This document shows, piece by piece, positions 46,310 through 50,561 of a stretch of DNA of 50,561 nt (its first letter is position 1; each line of letters starts with the position of its first letter). The notes below the pieces were generated by a model, which was given only the letters and a program-made list of their open reading frames with translations, searched no databases and was not told where the DNA came from. The stretch spans positions 1 through 50,561 of the forward strand of contig VBIZ01000118.1 of the NCBI GenBank assembly GCA_005880575.1, read 5' to 3'. The stretch is from Chloroflexota bacterium. GTDB lineage: Bacteria > Chloroflexota > Limnocylindria > P2-11E. Made by a program: the position numbers and the translations under genes.

Positions 46310-47283
46310 TGCTCGACTTCCTCCTCCCTGTTTGGAACACGTTCCTCGTCCACCCGCTCATCAACCTGCTGATCCTCGCGGACTACTTCGTCAAGGACTT
46401 CGGGCTCGCGGTCGTGATCGTCACCGTCGCGATCCGCCTGGCGCTCTTCCCGGTGTTCCGCGCGCAAGTCCGCTCGTCGCGCGCGATGCAAGAGCTCGCG
46501 CCGGCGATGAACGACATCAAGAAGAAGTTCGGGAACGATCGCGCGAAGCTGCAGCAGGAGCAAATGAAGCTCTACCAGGAGCGCGGCATCAATCCGATCG
46601 GTGGATGCCTGCCGATGCTCGTCTTTTTCCCGGTCCTCTTCGCGATGTACGCCGCGTTCCAGCAGGTCGGCGGCCTCTCTGGTACCCACGCGCTCACCGT
46701 CGAGCAGCTCAGGGACATGGTGCTCTGGCCGTTCCTCCAGTTCACGGTTGCCGACATGCCCCCAGACGCGCACATCGATCTCGCCGCGCACTGGCTCCCG
46801 TGGGTCCAGAATCTCGCACAGCCCGACCACGTGATCACGCTGCCGGCGATCGGTGGCATCGGCCCGTTGCCGATCATCTCCGCGCTGCTGCAGCTTGTCG
46901 CCTCGATCCAGGCGCTGCCGCGCAATCCCGCTCAGACCGACGATCCCACGCAGCGGACGATGCAGTCGATGACGTACTACCTGCCGCTCATCACGATCGT
47001 CTTCTTCAAGGATCTCGCGTCGGGGGTCTTCATTTACTACATCACGACGACGATCTTCCAGATCATCCAGCAGTACTTCGTGATGGGCTGGGGTCAGCTT
47101 CCTCGGTTCATCCCGCCGCTCGCGAACATCCCGACGCCCGCGGACAAAACGATGCGGGCACGGGAGCGGGCGGCGATCGTGGAGGCGGAGCACGACATGG
47201 AGGAGCCTGAAGCCGTGGCGGCGTCCGGCCGAGGCGGCAACGGCGGCGGAGGCCGTCGACGCGGGAGGAGGAGGAAGCGATGA
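46309..47283 (+). CDS. yidC: Membrane protein insertase YidC (short, monoderm-type)
   Basis: FGLAVVIVT..IR, QQEQMKLY, NPIGGCLP, FQIIQQ; no large periplasmic domain; GTG 46309. Confidence 0.95.
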   Translation: MLDFLLPVWNTFLVHPLINLLILADYFVKDFGLAVVIVTVAIRLALFPVFRAQVRSSRAMQELAPAMNDIKKKFGNDRAKLQQEQMKLYQERGINPIGGCLPMLVFFPVLFAMYAAFQQVGGLSGTHALTVEQLRDMVLWPFLQFTVADMPPDAHIDLAAHWLPWVQNLAQPDHVITLPAIGGIGPLPIISALLQLVASIQALPRNPAQTDDPTQRTMQSMTYYLPLITIVFFKDLASGVFIYYITTTIFQIIQQYFVMGWGQLPRFIPPLANIPTPADKTMRARERAAIVEAEHDMEEPEAVAASGRGGNGGGGRRRGRRRKR

Positions 47284-48200
47284 GTCCGCTTCGTGGGGAG
47301 GAATTCACCGGGCGTTCGGTGGAAGAAGCGATCGAGCGGGGGCTGCGATCGCTCGGCAAGAAGCGCAGCGACGTCGAGTACGAGGTGCTGGAGAAGGGCA
47401 AGCCCGCGAACGTGCTCGGCATCGGCGGCGAGGATGCTCGCGTGCTAATCACCTTCGTCGAGGAGGAAGCGCCGCCCGAGCCGGAGCCGGTCATCGACGA
47501 GGCCGAGGTGCCACGCCGGCCCGACGCCATCCGCGAGCGCGAAGAGCGTCGCGAGGAGCGCGAGGAAGCCGAGCGTGAGGAGGCCGCCCCGGCCCTGGCC
47601 GAGGACCTCGCCGCCGGCGTTCTGGTCCTCCGAGACCTCCTCGCCCTCATGGGCGTCGAGGCGGAGGTCGCGCTCGACACCGGCCCGCGCCACGACGGCG
47701 TCGAAGTCCTGGGCTCGGATCTGGGCGCGCTCATCGGCCGCGGCGGCGAGAACCTCGTCGCCTTGCAGCAGATCACGTCCGCGATCACGTCACGCCGGGT
47801 GGGTCGGACCGTTCACGTGCCGCTCGACATCGAGGGCTATCGCCGTCGTCGGGAGGAGCAGCTTCGCGAGATCGCCAGCCGCGTCGCGTCCCGCGTGCGC
47901 ACCAGCGGCCAGGCCGTCACGCTCGAGCCGATGCTCGCCTACGAGCGAAGGATCGTGCACCTCGCGGTGCAGGACACGCCCGGAGTGAAGACCGAGTCGG
48001 TCGGAGTCGATCCGAACCGTCGCGTGGTGATCAGCTCCACCGCTCCGGGGGCGCGGGGTCCGGCGCCGTTCCGTCCGGGCCCTCCCGGCGGCGTCCGCGG
48101 CGGCGGGGGCCCGAATCGCTACGGACCGCGGCGCGGTTTCGGTCCGAGACCCGGTGGATACCGGCCAGGCTCGAACTTCGGTCCGCGAGATCGACCCTAA
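47280..48200 (+). CDS. jag: Jag/EloR/KhpB RNA-binding protein
   Basis: Jag_N (GRSVEEAIE), KH (LIGRGGENL), R3H (ERRIVH). Confidence 0.95.
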   Translation: MSPLRGEEFTGRSVEEAIERGLRSLGKKRSDVEYEVLEKGKPANVLGIGGEDARVLITFVEEEAPPEPEPVIDEAEVPRRPDAIREREERREEREEAEREEAAPALAEDLAAGVLVLRDLLALMGVEAEVALDTGPRHDGVEVLGSDLGALIGRGGENLVALQQITSAITSRRVGRTVHVPLDIEGYRRRREEQLREIASRVASRVRTSGQAVTLEPMLAYERRIVHLAVQDTPGVKTESVGVDPNRRVVISSTAPGARGPAPFRPGPPGGVRGGGGPNRYGPRRGFGPRPGGYRPGSNFGPRDRP

Positions 48201-48203
48201 ATA

Positions 48204-48221
48204 GCCCCCTCGGGGGCCTTT
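48204..48221 (+). terminator. Possible intrinsic terminator after jag
   Basis: GCCCC-CTCG-GGGGC hairpin followed by CTTT; U-tract is short. Confidence 0.4.
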
Positions 48222-48260
48222 CAGAGGCGCGGGTACAGACGGTAGCGTTCGAGTCCTCGT

Positions 48261-49484
48261 ATGGATGTCAACTGGGCGCCCGCGCGCGTTCGCCGTAACT
48301 TCCGGATCGACACGTTCAGCGCGATATGCGGTGGCGTCTACATCGCCGTGCTCGTCACGTTCATGCCGATCGTCGTCCGGCGGCTCGGCGGATCCACCAC
48401 CGATGTCGCGATCGTGATCGCGGCGCCGTTCATCGGTCACCTGCTGTCCCCCTTTACCGCATACCTCCTCACCGGCTTTCCTCAGGTGAGGGTCGTCGCC
48501 GGTACGGTGACCGTCGCGCGGGCCACGTTCCTCGCGGGCGTTCTCGTGGCCGCGACGCCGCTCATGCTCGCGATGACGACCGTCGTCTCGTTCGTCATCG
48601 CAACCGCCAACATCAGCGCGTACGCCGCACTCATGCAGGGGATCTACCCCGACCGCGAGCGGGCGCAGGCGATGGCGAACGTCCGGATCGGAGGAGCCAT
48701 CGCGGGCATCGCGGCCGCCGCCGTCGCCGGCACGTTCATCGATGTGATCCCGGCGGCATGGGTCTTCGCCGCGTCCGCGGGCATCGGGCTCCCGGGCGCG
48801 ATCGCGTTCTTCTGGGTCCGCTACGACGGATCCGCGAAGGTCCAGGCGCGCCGATCGCTCCCGGTGATCGCCCGCGATGTCTGGGCCGACCACAAATACA
48901 GGAGGTTGCTGCTTTCATTCACCGTATTCGGGATCGGGAACCTCATGAATGTGGCGGTCTACCCGATCCTGCTGGTCGATCACTTCAACGCCTCGAACTC
49001 GTTCATCGGTGCGATGATGGCGGTCTCCTCGGCCACGATGATCGTGGCGTATCTCGTATGGGGCCGAATGATCGATCGCGGTTCCTCGATCCGGCTCACG
49101 CTCGTCAACACCGTGGTGACATTGCTCATCCCGATCGGGTACATCGCCGCGGCCGACGTGTGGCTCCTCCTGCCCGTCGCCGTCGTCGCGGGGATCGTGA
49201 ACGCGGGCGGCGAGATCACGTTCTTCACGAACATCGTCCAGATCGCGCCTCGCGACAAGATCGGCGAATACGCGACCGCGCAGTCTCTGCTCATGGGCCT
49301 TCGCGGGACGGCCGCTCCGTTCGTGGCGGCGGCACTTCTTGCCGTAGCTGATCCGCGGGTCGTTCTGCTGATCGGCGTGATCTTCATGACCGCGGGGTGC
49401 GCGATCATGGCCGGCGCGGTGCGCCTCATCGCGCCGACGGCGGTGCCGAGCGCGCGCGTCGTGGTGGAGAGCCCGGCCGATTAG
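48261..49484 (+). CDS. MFS transporter
   Basis: About 12 TMs; YP..ERA and WGRMIDRGS loop motifs. Confidence 0.88.
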   Translation: MDVNWAPARVRRNFRIDTFSAICGGVYIAVLVTFMPIVVRRLGGSTTDVAIVIAAPFIGHLLSPFTAYLLTGFPQVRVVAGTVTVARATFLAGVLVAATPLMLAMTTVVSFVIATANISAYAALMQGIYPDRERAQAMANVRIGGAIAGIAAAAVAGTFIDVIPAAWVFAASAGIGLPGAIAFFWVRYDGSAKVQARRSLPVIARDVWADHKYRRLLLSFTVFGIGNLMNVAVYPILLVDHFNASNSFIGAMMAVSSATMIVAYLVWGRMIDRGSSIRLTLVNTVVTLLIPIGYIAAADVWLLLPVAVVAGIVNAGGEITFFTNIVQIAPRDKIGEYATAQSLLMGLRGTAAPFVAAALLAVADPRVVLLIGVIFMTAGCAIMAGAVRLIAPTAVPSARVVVESPAD

Positions 49485-50239
49485 GCTCGAAGCGGAACCC
49501 CGCTCGCGCGCATCGCGCTCGCAAAGCGATCGGCGATCAGCTGGTAGCCCTCGTCGGAGGGATGGAATCCGTCCGGCGAGACCGTGCCCGTCGAGACGAG
49601 AGCCGCGCTGCCGGTGAAGAGATCGACGACCTTGACCCGCGTCGGGCTCCGGGCGGCGATCGCCGCGATCGCGTCGTTGTAGCCCTCTATGCCCGCGAGG
49701 AGGCGTGCCTTGTCGACGCCGGCGTAGACGGGCACGGCGCGCAGATCGGGCACCGTGCCGACAAAGATCGTCGCACCGGTCTTCTGTACGAGGCCGTCGA
49801 CGATCTGCCCGAGGGCGTCGGCGAACGACGCCGGCTCGATCGTCGCGTTCAGGTCGTTCACCGCAAGCCAGACCGAGACGACATCCGGCTTCTGCGCGAT
49901 CGCGCCAGGCAATTGCTGCGTGACCGCCTGCAGCGCGAGTGAGCCCGAGACGCCGAGATTCGTGTACGGCGGCGAGCCCGCTGGAAGGCGCGCGGCCACG
50001 AGCGACGGCCACGATCCCTTCGCCGGGTCGCTTGCGCCCACGCCTACGGTGTCGGACGCGCCGATCGCGACGTAGCGGATGCCGACGCTCTGACGCGCGG
50101 TCGCCGGTGCGGTCGTCGCTGGGCTCGTCGGCGTCGTCGTTCTTTCAGGCGTGGCCGACGAGCGGGCCGCGGGGCCGGCGCACGCGGTCGCAAGCGTCGC
50201 GCAGATCATGGTGAGGACGGCCAATTCAGTTCTCGACAT
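49481..50239 (-). CDS. SGNH/GDSL hydrolase, probable lipoprotein
   Basis: Lipobox-like LATAC, Thr/Pro linker, GASDT (block I), NLGVSG, VND, DGFHP; ATG 50239 with GACAAT 7 nt upstream. Confidence 0.9.
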   Translation of the reverse strand: MSRTELAVLTMICATLATACAGPAARSSATPERTTTPTSPATTAPATARQSVGIRYVAIGASDTVGVGASDPAKGSWPSLVAARLPAGSPPYTNLGVSGSLALQAVTQQLPGAIAQKPDVVSVWLAVNDLNATIEPASFADALGQIVDGLVQKTGATIFVGTVPDLRAVPVYAGVDKARLLAGIEGYNDAIAAIAARSPTRVKVVDLFTGSAALVSTGTVSPDGFHPSDEGYQLIADRFASAMRASGVPLRA

Positions 50240-50286
50240 CGGTACAATTGTCTTGCCCACGAGAACGGGCGTCCGACAGCGGACAC

Positions 50287-50561
50287 GGGGATGCGTGGTT
50301 TCGACAGGGCAGGCAGACGGACCGCCGCGAGCCGAGGAACGCCGTTCCTCCTCGTTAATCCGAACGGCAGGCAGACAACTGCCAACACTTCTTACGCTCT
50401 CGCTGCCTAGTCAGTGAGACGTCCTCCCGGTCTCCGCTCCGCGGGCCGGGAAGGGCGATATAAGCGGAGCTGCGGCCCGCCGATCGGTCGGTAGGCGGGC
50501 TCAAGTAAACCGACCTGGCGAGTACGAGGAGCGTGTCGGTGCGCGCCTCGTTCCGCGAGAT
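50287..50561 (+). ncRNA. ssrA: tmRNA, 3' end outside window; tag (A)ANTSYALAA encoded at 50381-50410
   Basis: 5' GGGGATGCGTGGTTTCGACAGGG; CAACT before resume codon GCC; reading frame GCC AAC ACT TCT TAC GCT CTC GCT GCC TAG; TACAAT -10 at 50243-50248. Confidence 0.95.

Overview
High-GC bacterial chromosome segment spanning the replication origin: dciA-recF-dnaN-[oriC]-dnaA, divergent from rpmH-rnpA-yidD-yidC-jag, with the 5' part of tmRNA at the right edge. Gene content and the tmRNA tag suggest a monoderm lineage such as Chloroflexota; this is inference, not tested. I see no transposase, integrase, prophage or CRISPR array. Housekeeping genes include a polyprenyl synthase, class A PBP, tRNA-Arg(CCG), tatC, rarA, a dpp-like ABC transporter, lemA-htpX, tkt / gnd-zwf-opcA, a PASTA kinase with PP2C, and lysA. 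Most notable: (1) an ArsR-pgsA-ino1-acyltransferase x2-PHP-pimA operon resembling a self-contained phosphatidylinositol-mannoside (PIM)-type glycolipid pathway, whose PHP enzyme is a candidate PI-phosphate phosphatase; (2) a GT2 plus GT-C locus with a 1203-aa double glycosyltransferase whose PMT-like half carries a ~285-aa beta-rich insertion; (3) a membrane PP2C-fold pseudophosphatase with an external beta-propeller, translationally coupled to a rhomboid protease; (4) regulatory oddities: sigma54-like -24/-12 motifs, probable CTG start codons and many leaderless promoters. Several start codons were re-assigned by eye relative to the ORF track. All product calls rest on motif recognition, not database searches.
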